Shown here piece by piece: positions 1 through 14,300 of a stretch of DNA of 64,000 nucleotides. The stretch's first letter is position 1. Every line of letters begins with the position of its first letter. The notes under the pieces are model-generated. The model saw only the letters and a program-made list of their open reading frames with translations. It was not told the origin of the DNA and searched no databases. The translations under genes were made by a program, and so were the position numbers. Source of the DNA: Tubulanus polymorphus (lineage: Eukaryota; Animalia; Nemertea); assembly GCF_964204645.1 (NCBI RefSeq), contig NC_134026.1, forward strand, positions 10,563,950 through 10,627,949. The letters are read 5' to 3'.

Positions 1-992
1 TCGACCACTTTTCTTGATTTTGACGATCATTGAGAGCGTTAGAGTGGCATAGATCGGAAAGTGATTTTTTATGTCAGATCGTATCCGCCCAATAAGCCGA
101 TCACGATATTTTGGGTAAAAATCTGAGGCTAGAAAATCGGCTTATTGGCCGGAAAATACGGTAATGACTATGAAATCTGCAGCTTTAATGAGCTCGAAAA
201 GGCCCAAGTCTGATGTACATGTACATCGAAATGTACATCGAAATTCGGGAAGTCATCAGACATAAGTCGAAATTCGACTAAATAAGGGTCCAGTAGTAAG
301 GCCAGGGTAAAAAGAAGTACTAGGAAGGACTTTTTTTGGCAATTTTAGATCCAAAAGGAAGGACAATTTGACTCGGAAATATGTACTTTCCAGTAAAATG
401 AGGGCCCATAAAGGAGCATTTTTGCAATGCATTTGCCCGAATACTAGTCATGTAGACCAGTCATATATTTTAGGGTAATTCCATAACACTGCCTTTCCTG
501 TAGATTCAATCTTACTGATAATTGAATTACCAGTAATTACCAGTTACTGAGTAATGAAATACTTCAACGGTCGAATTGGCGACGAAATTGCGCGCAAAAA
601 TACATAGAAATCAAATTTAGAAGGACTTTTTTTATGAAAAGGAAGGACTTAGAGTCAAAAAGAAGGACAAAGATGATGTTTGTCCAAACTTTTTCCGAAA
701 GAAGGACAAAGAAGGACTTGGAAGGACCGCTGGAATCCATTATTTTCATGTCGAATTTCGAGTTATTTTTATGTCGAATGTCGAGATAATAAGTCTACAT
801 GAAAATAACATGAAATTCGACATTATTAATTTGACATGAAAAGAGAACTCGAACATAAATTAAACATAACTAAATCGGAATTCAACTTATTATTTCGAAA
901 TAAGTCGAAATTCGACCGAATATCTCGGAACTCCACTTAATTAGTTGAAATTATGAAAAAATTATCTCATATGTCACCTAGGGGCTTCCATA
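1..992. repeat. Degenerate repeat region ending in a DNA-element terminus (ggggcttccata)
   Basis: Many short tcgaaat/ttcgac and aggac motifs. The end resembles the ...ccaccata and ...cttccgta termini at 16450, 18795 and 41954. Confidence 0.4.
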
Positions 993-1169
993 GATTTGGA
1001 AGTGGAAATGGAGAAGTATTTAATATGCTTTTGGGAGATATTACTACCAATACTCAATCTAGTTAAGCTTGCCTAACTCGGAAATGGTCAACTCAAAATT
1101 TTGACTAACTAAACAAAAAAGAAACTATTTTTCATTACTAACATATTTTCCCATCCTTAACTTGGACTT

Positions 1170-2000
1170 ACTCACCACAATCATAGATGATGTCATGAGC
1201 TACAACTTTGCAATTGAATGTGGTAACAAAATATGCAAATGTACAAATACAACATAGAAATACTAAGCTATTGCATTATTCAACGCCCCCTGGTGGCCAT
1301 ATACAAAAACCAATGACAGTGAAACTCATCAAAATCATAGAACACGTTGTGGGCTACAACTTTCCAATTGATTGTAGTAACACAATATGCTTAGGTATCA
1401 ATATAATGTGGAAAAAACTGTTTCCCACCTACGAATGAGTTACTGATGACACCAAGATAGCCACCAATTGCGTCATAATCGGCTGATCAAAAATAACTAT
1501 CTCAGCTATAAAACATCCCTTTCCAAAGAACACCCATCCAAATTGCAATGAGAAATGGCAAACCAGTAGGAAGCTACAGGACCTAGAATTCCGGCCAAAA
1601 TTGACATTTTTGGACTCTAAAAAGGTCACAGGACTATCTTGAGTCCGATCGACCCAATTTTTCTTATGCTGATAGGCCCTTGGGGGATTCAAATATATCC
1701 CAAAGATAAAGGTAATTGATCAAAGCGTCTTCAAAATTTCCCTCAAAAACTTCAAATATGTGTAAAAAGTGCTGACTTTGGTGAACAACAATGGTTGCCA
1801 GTCGGCCATCTCAATTCTGACAGGGCCAGTCTTCAGGCTGAAGATGTGTCTAGGCTAGATACATGTGCAACCCAAATATAAAGATGTTACATCGAGGCGT
1901 CTTAAAAACTTCCCAAAATAACTGGATTCCGTCTACGGACGGAGGAACGAACGTCGACCGGACAAAAAGTGAACGCAATAGCCCGCTAGTGGGCTAAAAA
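1170..2000 (-). mobile_element. Helentron/HINE-like family A, partial copy
   Basis: Highly similar to 26170-27000; includes the ggac microsatellite and the gggctaaaaa terminus. Confidence 0.8.
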
Positions 2001-2954
2001 AATAACTGGATTCCGTCTACGGACGGACGAACGAACGTCGAACGGACGAAAAGTTAATCCAGTGTCCATACATGTATATTATACCAGTGTTCTCCGCGTA
2101 GTAAAAGAATTATAGGGGCGGTCCTCAGAAAATGGATCAGGAGTGGGGTCTGGAGAAAATCTTATATCTGGAGGTGCTCAAAGCATTTTCCCAGCATTTG
2201 GGGTTAATCAACTAATCGAAGTTTGTTAATTTTTAAAGCAGCAATCATCAGCAGTTTGCTTGAAGCGCTTTCCTGTTGTAGAGATTGGTAGGCTTACATG
2301 CATTAGCCTAAATAATTGGATGTTCTTATATTTATTTGTATAATAACATTTTGTCAAGCTTAGCAAGCCTATCAATTTCGATTTGCGAAATATTTTAGGC
2401 CTTAGATATTCACCTGTCCTGAGCGGTTAATTTTAAGATATCTTCACTATGTAGTAGAAAGATTTTAGCCTGGATTCTGTCATTCAGCAGATTGCGTCAA
2501 TCACGAGAGGTGCGGATCTGCACTTATACCATAAATTTTTAAAAATCACAGAAATACCTTGTGTTGATATTCTTTATTTATCCACTAGTTCTGTAAAACA
2601 ATTGGCTGTTAAAGATCAGGCGGTCGAGATGTCTTATTACAAAAATAACATAGGGATGATTGAAACGGCTTTGTATTTGATCTCTACAGTCACAGGCAAA
2701 TATGAAGATGTGTTATCCCTATAGTATGAAGTCGCAACCGCCTGATGCTGATTCAACAGCCAATTGTTCATTTTAACTTCAAATGTTAGCTGATAGGCTA
2801 AATAAATAATACAAACAAAAGGTGTTTCTGTGATGTTTGGAATGAATTGGCAGTTTAAATTGAGCGCCACTCGCAAGATTACCACCAATCCAAAAGCCAG
2901 TTTACAAGCCCCTGTCTGTGACATGTTAAGACTCTCATTACTAATGATAACAAA

Positions 2955-4636
2955 CGGTGCGATTTAAGAATAGGGGACTATAGCGGGTGGTAGCTCCCGT
3001 AATTGTCTATAGATGGCACCAGGCGATACTTAGCAATCCAAAAGGGACTGGTGGATAGATGGCGGTGCGACATAGCCTACATGATGATAAAGAGAGAACG
3101 TGGCTTTTAGGACTGACAACTCTACAGTTCTACACCTCAACAACTGACAAAGATATAGAGAGAACATGGTTTTCGTACAACTCTACAGCTCTACACCTCG
3201 ACACCTCAACAATTGACAAAGATATAGAGAGAATGTGGTTTTGGTACAGACAACTCTACAGCTCTACACCTCGACACCTCAACAACTGACAAAGAATAAA
3301 GATATAGAGAGAATGTGGCTTTGGTACAGACAACTCTACAGCTCTACACCTCGACACCTCAACAACTGAAAAATATATGTATATATAGAGAACGTGGTAC
3401 ATGTACAGACAACTCTACAGCTCTACGACTACACCTCAAAAAATGCTGAACAGATTAAGATAAAAGATGAGTGAGTGTACTCTGTACAGTGTATCGTGTA
3501 CTTTGTACTCTGAGTGTGAGAGTGTGTACGGTGAGTGAGAGTGGGTGTGTACTGTGAGTGTCAGTGAGTGACAGTGTTTGAGTGAGAGTATACTGTGAGT
3601 GAGTGACTGTGAGCGTGTACTGTGAGTGAGAGTATGTACTGTGAGTGTCAGTGAGTGACAGTGTTTGAGTGAGACTGTGAGTGAGTGACAGTGAGCGTGT
3701 ACGGTGAGTGAGAGTGTGTACTGTGAGAGTGTGTACTGTGAGTGTCAGTGAGTGACAGTGTTTGAGTGAGACTGTGAGTGAGTGACTGTGAGCGTGTACG
3801 GTGAGTGAGAGTGAGTGTGTACTGTGAGTGACAGTGAGTGAAAGTGTTTGAGTGCTTGAGTGTTCTGTGAGTGTCAGTGACTGTAAGCGTAAGCTATACT
3901 GTGAGAGTGAGTATGTAGTTTGAGTGCGAGTGTCTAATAATTTAGTGTGAGTGTGAGTGTAAGTGTGTACTGTGAGTGTAAGTGTGGACTGTGAGTGAGA
4001 GTGAGTGTGTACGGTACTGGAGTGTGTGTTAAGATCGTAGGTTTGATTGCTTATTTAACCTGATGCATTAAATTTGAGGATTGTATTAATTGTGTTTTAT
4101 GTACCGTACGTAAATAAAATTAGCAGTTATGAATTGGTAATTGATGAGTTGTTTGTGGTTGTTTCATGAAAATGGGGGGGGGGGGATATCTACACCAAGT
4201 CCTTGTTCTTTGGGATGTGAATTGTGAATATGGAGGTGCCCCCTTATTTGTTGTCTCTTCATTTTTGTGTGGTGTCTGTTTTTGTCACCGTAATGTTGTT
4301 TTCCATTTATCGAAAGAACGGATGTTAAATTACTGGTTGAAATTGTATCATTGGCGGCTTTTCCGTTGCGCCCGCTGGACACCCCGCTTCACATGATAGT
4401 AGTCGGACGGTTTTTGGTGGTAATTAATGTGACATCATGGCGGGCCGTGTTCGTTTATTTGTGATTATATTGACAGATAAGTTTGGGTTGTTGTGGTTTC
4501 TAAGTAGTCTATTACTTTGACCAAAAATCGTTGGCTGATGTAGTAATTATGCAAATTACAGTGGAGGTTATTATTTAGATGGCGGGTTGATATAAGTTGT
4601 GTTAACAACCTAGTCCCCTATTCTTGAATCTTACCG
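2955..4636. mobile_element. Non-autonomous TIR element carrying a minisatellite and a GTGA-rich tract
   Basis: Imperfect 26-bp TIRs cggtgcgatttaagaataggggacta / tagtcccctattcttgaatcttaccg. Internal repeats of about 60-70 bp at 3085-3440 and a (GTGA/GT)-rich array at 3468-4030. Confidence 0.7.
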
Positions 4637-4721
4637 AAAAGTGAAAAAGGAACAGGAGGAAGATAACGACACGAGCCCCCTCCCAGCTCCCGATCAAAAA
4701 AGCACTTTTAAACTACTTCGG

Positions 4722-6340
4722 TTAATAGACGGACGCCGGGCGCCGAAGGCACCCGGAGGACGTCCCTTTGGTAAACACGTATATGTGGATACTACGAAGT
4801 GTCTTCTTAACCGATTCTGACTAGCTGACCAAGTCAGAAAAAAATGACGTCACTTGACGTCCGGTTTGAAGTTCATGGGGAAATCGGAAGTAGAATTACG
4901 TCACACTAAAATCCGGCATTCCACTAACTAAAATACGGTAACTTATGGATCGGGTTATTTGAGAGTGTATCTATTTCATGAAATTTCGAACAAGATTGGG
5001 TCGATGAATAGTTTAACAATGAACCGCGTTGATCGATCGAGTTGAAAATAGCTGAAATTCCCTTAGCAACAGGAGCGAATTCATAATAACAAAACGCGGC
5101 CGCGGCCCGGTGCCACGCGGTTCGGCGCGCAGGTTCGAATCCCGGAGAATTACGCTCTCGCGCGTGCAGCTGTCATTCCCAGCCGCAGCACTGAAATACA
5201 CTTTTTTAATCAAAAGTAATGACCCTAAAAACTGCGGTGAGTCGCGTTAGAGTCGTAAAATATCTCGGCCAACGCGGCGGCGGATCGGCACAGCATAGTC
5301 TCGCTCTCGAGCAGCAGCAACAACATCGCGGTCAGCAAAAACATTAGTCTCCGCCACTTCTTCACCAAATAAGGAATTCGGAACCGCTGGCCGCATGCAC
5401 TGCTTATTTTGAACTGTATTCCCGGAGGATTAGAAAGAAATGTATATTTTTCGCAAGAGAAATCAATTTTTGTACTGACATTCGCATTTCCTGCTAATTC
5501 GAGTTTTTTCTAGCAGAAAATAATTTTCCGATTTGTGCGTTTCAACGCGTATTCGATTTTTTTCTTTTTGAAGGCAATTAAGAAATGCGTTGTAATCTTC
5601 TCATCTTACTTTTATTTCCAAATGGAGTTAATTTCTAAATTAACTACCAGGTCAAAATTCTTCAATATTGCAAAAACCCCTCTCAGTTTCCACCATAGAA
5701 ATGTCATTGGTTACATTATGGTTTCATTATGGTTTCACAAAGAATTTTTAACCATTAAAAAATGACACTTTATCTAAATCGAAAGAATAATCTTTTTAGC
5801 AGACAGTGGTACCGAGACCTAATTTATAAGAAATTTTTCAAGTTTTTTTCTCGCAAAAATTAAAATATTAAATTTCATTTGATCTTATAATATAAGATTA
5901 AAGAATTATGAGGTTTGATTCATTTCTGAAATTTGGGCTTATAATATATCAAGCCCAAATTTCAGAAATGAATCAAAACTTACAGTTACAGAGTTACAGT
6001 TTCATCTTCTTTCTTCCCACCCCTTAACTCGAGCACTAATTTTAAATTTTCCAAGTTTTGACTAAGAATTGATTTAATTTCTTCATTAATTCATTGCTTT
6101 TTTGGGTTAAACTACAGTACAATTTCAATATGAAATATTGAAGTTGATTCTCTTTCCAGTTTCATTAGCAACATTTAAGTGTGTTCCTTGTCACTGACAA
6201 TATTTTGAGTGTTTTCGACTTCGTTACCCCGTACTTTAGGTTTTCCCCAATCGCTTCAATCATTTCTTACTTATGTATGAAAAATTGAATCAAGCTGTGA
6301 CGAGGCGTCCGTCACTTAGATTTCATCTATTACATATTAA
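4722..6340. mobile_element. Family D non-autonomous element of about 1.6 kb, copy 1
   Basis: Colinear with 21125-22779 and 27399-28997. One end is ttaatagacggacgcc plus a GC hairpin; the other is gcgtccgtcacttagatttcatctattacatatta. Confidence 0.85.
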
Positions 6341-7565
6341 GAATTAAGAGTCATTGAATCAGATAAATACCTTTGCTTAAAGATTTTCAAGTTTCCGTAA
6401 AATATGTCACATTATCGCAAAAATACGGCCAAAATTGAATATGAGAAATGAGAATCAAACCTCCCGCATCGACCGAGACACCGCCTAGCGGTTACTGTTC
6501 CCTTTCAATTTCTCAATGAATGAAGTTCGAATCCCAATAAAGGTTGGAAATTAAATTTAAGAAGTGCAATTTTTTTCCAGATCGGAAAATACATGAGTAT
6601 TTTACTAATTCTATAACGTTTCAGTGCAGATTGTTCTAGCTGTTATTTTTCCATCGAGAGTACCAAGGATTTTTGTACCAACTTTTTACCCCGTACAAAA
6701 TAAACAAGTTATGAAGTCACAGTCTTCTCCATCTCAGGCTCCTGTGGCGAGGGTCCACACCAAAACAATAACACATACGAATTTTCGATAATTTTACTTT
6801 ATTTCATTCTATTGACACAGCATTTATTACAATCACATGTACAACTAGCAAAAAGCTTTTGGGATGGTATTGTACATAAAAGGACTTACAATGTTCATCA
6901 CATTTTTACTATTAAATCACCAACTACAATCCTCTGTTAAATGTAGCAAAAATTTCAATTCTAAATCTAATAAACCTTCAGCTTGAAAATATACTACATG
7001 TATAATGAAGGTGCGTGCTCACTAATCATTAACACTGATGGCAAGAGAAATTCATCCATATTCCTTCTATTTTCAAACTTAGGAGAAAATCTACAGTTAA
7101 ATCTGGAGCAATTATACTATAGTGAAATGTGAATACTGATAGAACATTTATTCATTGCATAATAAGTAATACATATAGGTAGTTAATATAAGCACTCTCT
7201 TCTGACTGCACTGGCTTTCCATGCAAAAGGCAATCGATGAAACATGATTTAAAACTGAGGGACATCCAAATATACAATAGCCATATCCCAGCTTTCGTAG
7301 ACTATAAACAGTACATACAATATCAAAGAAACTACACAACAAGTTGTGTGCTTTATCCCGGTCCATCATATAAAAAATACAAAAGTGGTCAGACATGTTT
7401 TTGTTAAACATATACAAATTTTACAATTCTATAAACAACAGGATATACATCGGTGTGATAAAATATTGATAAAATGAGCAACACTTACCAAAATCATTTG
7501 CATCACATATCAGCTAAGCAATAGATGAATAATTTTTTCATCAAATAAATGATTAATTTCTATAC

Positions 7566-7734
<169 letters not shown>

Positions 7735-8395
7735 GCTTCAAACATGCTATATGAATGTTGTGTATACCGAACACCCGAGCACAATAAATGACTAGATTAT
7801 CAAAGGGTTGGACTGTAAAGGCCTTATAAATTAACTTACACCTGGAGGACTGTTAATATCCTATATCAAATCAATATAGGAGACTCTTCCTTACTCAATC
7901 AACCAGTCAACTCAGTAAACCGCTCGGCTGTGAAACTTAAATTCATTTGGAAAAACTTTCTATTTCCCCTGATTCTTAACTCCATATTCACTCAACAAGA
8001 ATAACATTCACAGTCCCAACCAGTGCATCTGAGTAAAGCAGAGTTTACAGTACCTACTAGAAAGTCTTTAATTCAAAAAAGATTTTGGAGTCTATGCCAA
8101 CGCATACCGGCAGTCATGGCAAAAGCTTGTTCGACTGGCATGAAATATCAATTGGTCGCCGAATTGATAGGCCTACGGGCTACATCACACTACTACAAGG
8201 GAACCTCTAAATACATGTAGTACGAAAATTGGCCACTTTTCCTAGTACATTGAAAATCAGGGAAACATTTCCGTACTAATCATTTTAGCAGTCCCAAACT
8301 TCTAACAACTTAAATTCAAAACGTGAACTTCCTATTAGTAAAAATGTCACTGCAACCTTGCAGGGCTGAGCAAAAGATTCTGATCCCTTAAGTAA

Positions 8396-11300
8396 CTATT
8401 TGTCATCCATAGTTTTCTCATGGTCTTTACCATCTTTGTTATCTTCATCACGATTAAAGAATAGCAGCGGAGTCATACCTATTATACAACCTATGGTCAC
8501 ACCTATTATTCTTCCCTGAAAATCAAGAGTAATAACATTATTTCAAATCATCCATAAGACAACTTTGAATTTGGTACCATCTTACACAAACTAGAGGATC
8601 AAAGGTCCTGAGGCTCGAAATATAAAAGGCCGAAAAAAAATTAGGCACAATATAGATTGAGATTGGATATGATTACTGGGATTTGCAATATCAATGAAAT
8701 CTTGGTGCACTGTTGTGGTAAGCATTTTCATTCAGCTTGGATGATATACATGCAATGGTAATGGGTTTTCGCCATGACTCACTAGGGGCGAACTCTTTTA
8801 TGACCTCCGAAGTCTCGATCCGGAATCTCCGATTGGCTCCACACAAAATCCGAATCACATCACCTTGACAGAAAGGAGATTTTAGACTCTCCAAAAGGTC
8901 ACGTGACCAATAAGAGAGTACGATTGGATTCTCCGATCTGATAAAAGAGTACACCCTTGCACAAAGCAGAACATTCAATACTATGTTTAATGCTACCGGG
9001 TATGTTCTGCATATGTTCTATAATGATGTCACTGGGAAAGCCCTTCAATAAAGGACTTTCCCAGTGATGTCAATGAATTTTTGAAGAGTTAATATAATAC
9101 CGAGTTGACACCTTGGCTGAACTTGTCAGACCAGTAAGTCATTTAACCATCCGTTTTGATATCCATGCCCAAATGATAGTGTTAATCATGGAAATGACAT
9201 TAAAATGAACGAATAGTAGTTGCTATAGCAACAATTTTCAAGGTCACGTCTGCAAAATTTTGACCAATGATAATTGGATCCTGGTACTTGAGATCAAGGG
9301 CTACCTTCAAAAAAAAATTCACGAATATGTCTTTCCACTCAAGCGAAAAGTCAATTTTAGAGCCTTCCTGAGGCTCATGGACCCGACTATTATCCCTTGA
9401 GGCTCTTTTCGAGTCAAACAGTGACATACTCGATTTCGTTTAGAAATTTAAATTTTAGGGCTACCCTTCATCAAAACTGGAATGTCATTGATGCAATGAA
9501 AGAAGTGAGCTAATAATCAAACTTATTATTTACTCACTAATGAAGATACAATTCTTGTAGATTTATTGTCTATTTGTTGTGGAGTTAATCTTGGAGGTTT
9601 GATACCACTCTTGGATGCTAATGTTTCTACATAACCAGCAGTACTGAAACAGTAAGAAAGATGCATGTGTATGCCAGTTATGGGAGGATAGCTTCACCAT
9701 CTACAGTAGACTGTTTAACCCGAAGTCAGCTTATTGGATTATTATGTTTGATTATTGGAGGACAATACAATACAAACTTTTCCTCAAATTCACCGTGATA
9801 ATGACCCATCACTGCTCCGACTTACCCGGAATTCACAACCTCGGAGAGATTTCATCGATCGCACGAGATCTGATACGACTGGAATCTATTGTACAAAAGA
9901 GGAACTAACCTTATTCCAGCTACGTCAGACACCATATTACCAATTGCAGCAGCTGAAATAGGAAAACGTTTGAAAATAATCGAAGATAAAAACGTGATGT
10001 ATGCTAGACAAAAGATTATCAAAAAGATCCTGGTGGCGGCAGAGTTTTTTGTTGAAGATCTTCTTTGTTCTTTCTCACATGAAGAGAGAAGGAAAATAGA
10101 CCTCAAACCTACTAATGATACGGAGTGGCACTCCATGAATTGGGATTTTACTTTTTTTTCTATGACTTACCTGCCATTGTAGAGATTCCAAGCACGGCAC
10201 CAAATGTTGTATCTATATATTCTCCCTGAACAAGAATGAAAAGGCTATAAGACTAAAGCATCTGCTTAATCGAAATAGAGGGATTAGTGTGGAATAGCGG
10301 TAAACACTTAATGGATCACAACAGAAGTTTAATCTCCAGCCACTCTCATTTGTGACATTCACACATTTCTCGGCTTAGTGCCATATTCATGTAGTGCTGA
10401 ATTCACCAAAATACTGCGCTTACAGAGCCTGGCGTGTTCACATGATGAGTGGGCACTAAGTATGTCCACTTAGTCTTTAGTCTTTAGATCCGGTGAGTAT
10501 ACGTAATTTCACTGTCACTTCTTAATTGATGGTTTGATGGTTATATTTGCAATTTGGGTTAAGAGGGGTTTTTGACCAGTTTTTGACCAGGATATCAGTG
10601 AAATTGATCCTTCTGAAATTCCTATTTTTCAAGGATGAATTTTTCTATTTTATTCTGCTGTTGTTTTATAGATCATTCGACTCTCTGCCGAAAATCCTGG
10701 TGTGAACAGCACTATTGCCAGGGAAACATAAGACAGTCGATTAGAATAACTGGCCAAAATTTTGTGTATGGTTACTTACTGCCGTAATCATGATTATATT
10801 GTCCAGCGTACCAAAACCAATGAAAGGTATCCCTGAGAATAGTGCCACTGAAATTGATAGAAAAGCTCCTCATATTAGCTATAGGCCTAATCTTCACCAA
10901 ATGCTAATGAAAACTGCGGTGTTGTCAAATCGCGGAATGACGCAATCGCAGAATTTTTAAAAACACGGAATTTCTTCACTTTCACTATAAATAGTAACCG
11001 GGTTTTCCCGCAGGGATACTTGGTGTTGGAGTTAGCTTTGAATCATACTATTAGCACGCAATTTTATCTGACAAATACCATTCAGTTACCAGCTGCAGCA
11101 GCAGTCAGAATGTAGTCTGACAAAGAGATAGTCACCAGGGCAATCATCGGTTATCGATGTTAATCAACTTTTTGGATTTAAGTAGATTTGAGCACGGTCG
11201 CTCTAGTTTGGGCCGTAGTTTCAGATGGCTACAAACGTGAAATGTGCTACCAAACATGTACCGCAGTTCCTTAAAAATTATTTTGATAGAAACCACCGTC

Positions 11301-14300
11301 TAGTACCGATAGTACGTTTTTTAGACCCAAGGAATCAACACAGAGAAGCAGATAAGTAACAGCTTTCTCTTCACAAATAACGGAGTTAATAAAAGATACC
11401 ATTTTATATATAATCTTTAATATCATTCAACTTTTATTTACTCTTCTAGATACACTACACTCACGTTAATCACAATTTCAGTGCACGAGATGCATTAAAA
11501 ACCCAAAGCCAGATTATGCATAATGTGTATCTGTTTTGTCTGACATCGTTCATTTTGGGATATTTCTCTTGACCGTATAAAAACATACCTCAGTTTGGTC
11601 TTAATACGACCAGTGAAAGAGTGCAGTCTAAATAAATAAGCCATGGTTTTTATATCCATTTTACAATGCAGCATTAATTGAATTAGTTAAATGGTAACAT
11701 AAATCGTTAATGTGTTGAGTGACGATAGTTATAGATTATCACATAGGCCAACCAGGTACCGGGAATGAAAACATGCGTCCGGTGCCTTGTCCAACAAGGG
11801 GTATCCCGTGCGGGAAAACTCGGTTACTATGTCTAGTGGAAAATGAAGAAATTCCCTGTTTTTGGAAAATTCCGCGATTCCGTGATTCCAGTGGAAACTT
11901 TTAAACGTCTAAAGTCTATCAAAAAGGACAACTAACAGCACCCTTACTGGGGTCGGTATATAAGTTTTTGTCAAAAATATACATTTTGTAACTGTTCAGA
12001 TAACATTTTAAGGCATTTCAGCAAGCTCAGTATGAATACACTTGTCCGGATATTTACGCAATTTTCCAGACAAATATTCAAATTCAAATTGGTTGTTGAG
12101 AGCTGATTTTATAGGAATTCTGGAATGAACTTCATTTAATAGAGGTCTTAACATCATTTATGGTAGATTAGAGTTAGGTTTAGGAGGAGGATCAAATTAG
12201 GTTAGAAGGTTTGGAGGATGATAGGTTTTAGTTTAGGGTTAAAGGGTTGGGTTTGAAACCCTTCAACTGTAGAAATTTGTACGAACAACTAAAATATATT
12301 ACACAACTAGTACCACTTTCTGTAGTTCTATTTTCTCTCCACAGATGGTGATACTATAGGCCAACAGGCTCTAAACATACAGTTAAGGCACCAAAGCATT
12401 TCCCTGTGGCTCATACTAATTGATGATGGCCTTAAAATGTACCCCCAAATCCTTGAACCAGGGTTTATGGCCCAAAGTAAGGTTAAAGGGTAAAAGGTTA
12501 GCTTAGGGACAGCAGTTTCAGTGAAATAAAAATTGACTTGGAAAGATTGGAAGACGCCTCTTACTGTCGGATCTCACCTATCTTGTGAATTTACATCTTC
12601 AAAGGCTTGAAGGAAGTGATTGTATCGGTAATTGAGATATTGCAATATGCTGACACACAAATTGAATAAACCACCTAGCTACAATAAATTGCAATTAGGA
12701 AGTGATTGATTGCTTGATGAGAAAAGGTTTAATCAAGATTGAAGGTGCAGTATCGATATAAAACAGGTAGCAGATGAACCCTATCAATCTACGGCTAGCA
12801 CACTAGGCATATGAATGAGTGTTGGCAGGTGGAATAGCTGATACCAGGGAAGTGTGATGTCATCACACTTCCCTGCTGATACATAGAAAGAGCGTGACTG
12901 ATTACAGGATAGTTCATTATGGTTAAATTGCAGACCTTTTTGATGAAGCTTTTTTAACGGCTGTTAAAAGGCGATGTAGTGTTGTGACACTCATAATCCT
13001 GCGATTGACTTCATATAGGTCAATCGCAGTCCTAAGTAACTATAGGACCGGCAGTACATATTGGGACAAGCCTAGGGATTTATTAAATTTATTGAAAATT
13101 CATTTCTCAAAAGCCGACCTCTTTCGGGGTTTTGGGCTGTTTGTCGTAAACCTCTTTAGGCCTACCTCACCCTGCACACAAGTGCGGAATTGATACTTCA
13201 ATGGAAACATGGAGTCATATTTTTAGGAAAATAGTTCAACAACCCATGTGCACAGCTGCCATGACGACATATTGAGTTCAATTGTACATATTAGTAGTTG
13301 ATGTTGGTACATATAGTACATATCAGGTAGCAGTTTACATGGAAATTTAGGACTATTACCACTTTGAAAATGCAGGCCGGTGAAAGATATTCAATATCAA
13401 AAAATTTATTTCTTTAGTGGGTTTTTCCTGCGTAGTTTTTTAGGATTTTTATCTGTGAAATAATCAAAAATTTTCAAAATGGGATATTGAGGAGTGATAC
13501 ATTCAATAGCTTGAATCGCTAACACCACACTATTACTATGCTATAATTCTAATCCCCGAGTTGGCCGGCATATCCAGACATGACTGTGTATCCATTCCTT
13601 ATCATGTTGTTACATCTTATCAGTGTACCTCTCAACCAGGTATTTTGCTTGTACACTAACATATAAATCTTATTGTGTAAAGTCCTACTCACATTGTTTG
13701 ATTTGCGCTGTTGTAAGAGGCTTGGCAGGATCTTTAGCTGAAATGAAATGAAACAAAACACTAAGCCGTTCATTATATTGAAAATTTCCAACTGAAGGCC
13801 TACCAGTGTTTGAATTATTCAAAGAAGTCGGGGAAATCCAAACAGTATGTAGGCCTATAAAAAACCGCACCATGGACTCTTCGAAGAGTCTATTGTGTTG
13901 TACCAAACATCAAGCACTGTCAATTGCCAGTTGCAGTAACCTGTAATCAGAAGGTGATTTCTAGAGTAGAAGAAACTTGAGGTTACGTACATAGGGTTCA
14001 TAGTTATAAGGCTATTCAAAATAAGCACTTATTTAAAAAAAAAGATAAGTATGTATTACATGCAACTAACAAGCGATGTTTCCATTGAAGGAACTCAAAC
14101 ATTTGAATATTATTCATCCACTTTAGAATACAAATCTTTTTACTTTTAAAGAGAGAAAATTATAGGCGAAAAAAGATTCCCATAAGAATTTCAGCAACTA
14201 CGGTACTGAAATAAGAATTAAATTAATTAATTTCATTAGGCCTAACCGAACTAGAGCACGCTGAATAAACGCACATTTATATGTGGAGGGTATGTAAACA

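Noticed and set aside
12170-12260. Interstitial telomeric repeat
   Set aside because: Only scattered ttagg/ttaggg-like words, with no regular array.
13871-13895. Fourth P-like footprint (catggactcttcgaagagtctat)
   Set aside because: Palindromic, but no flanking direct repeat is visible.
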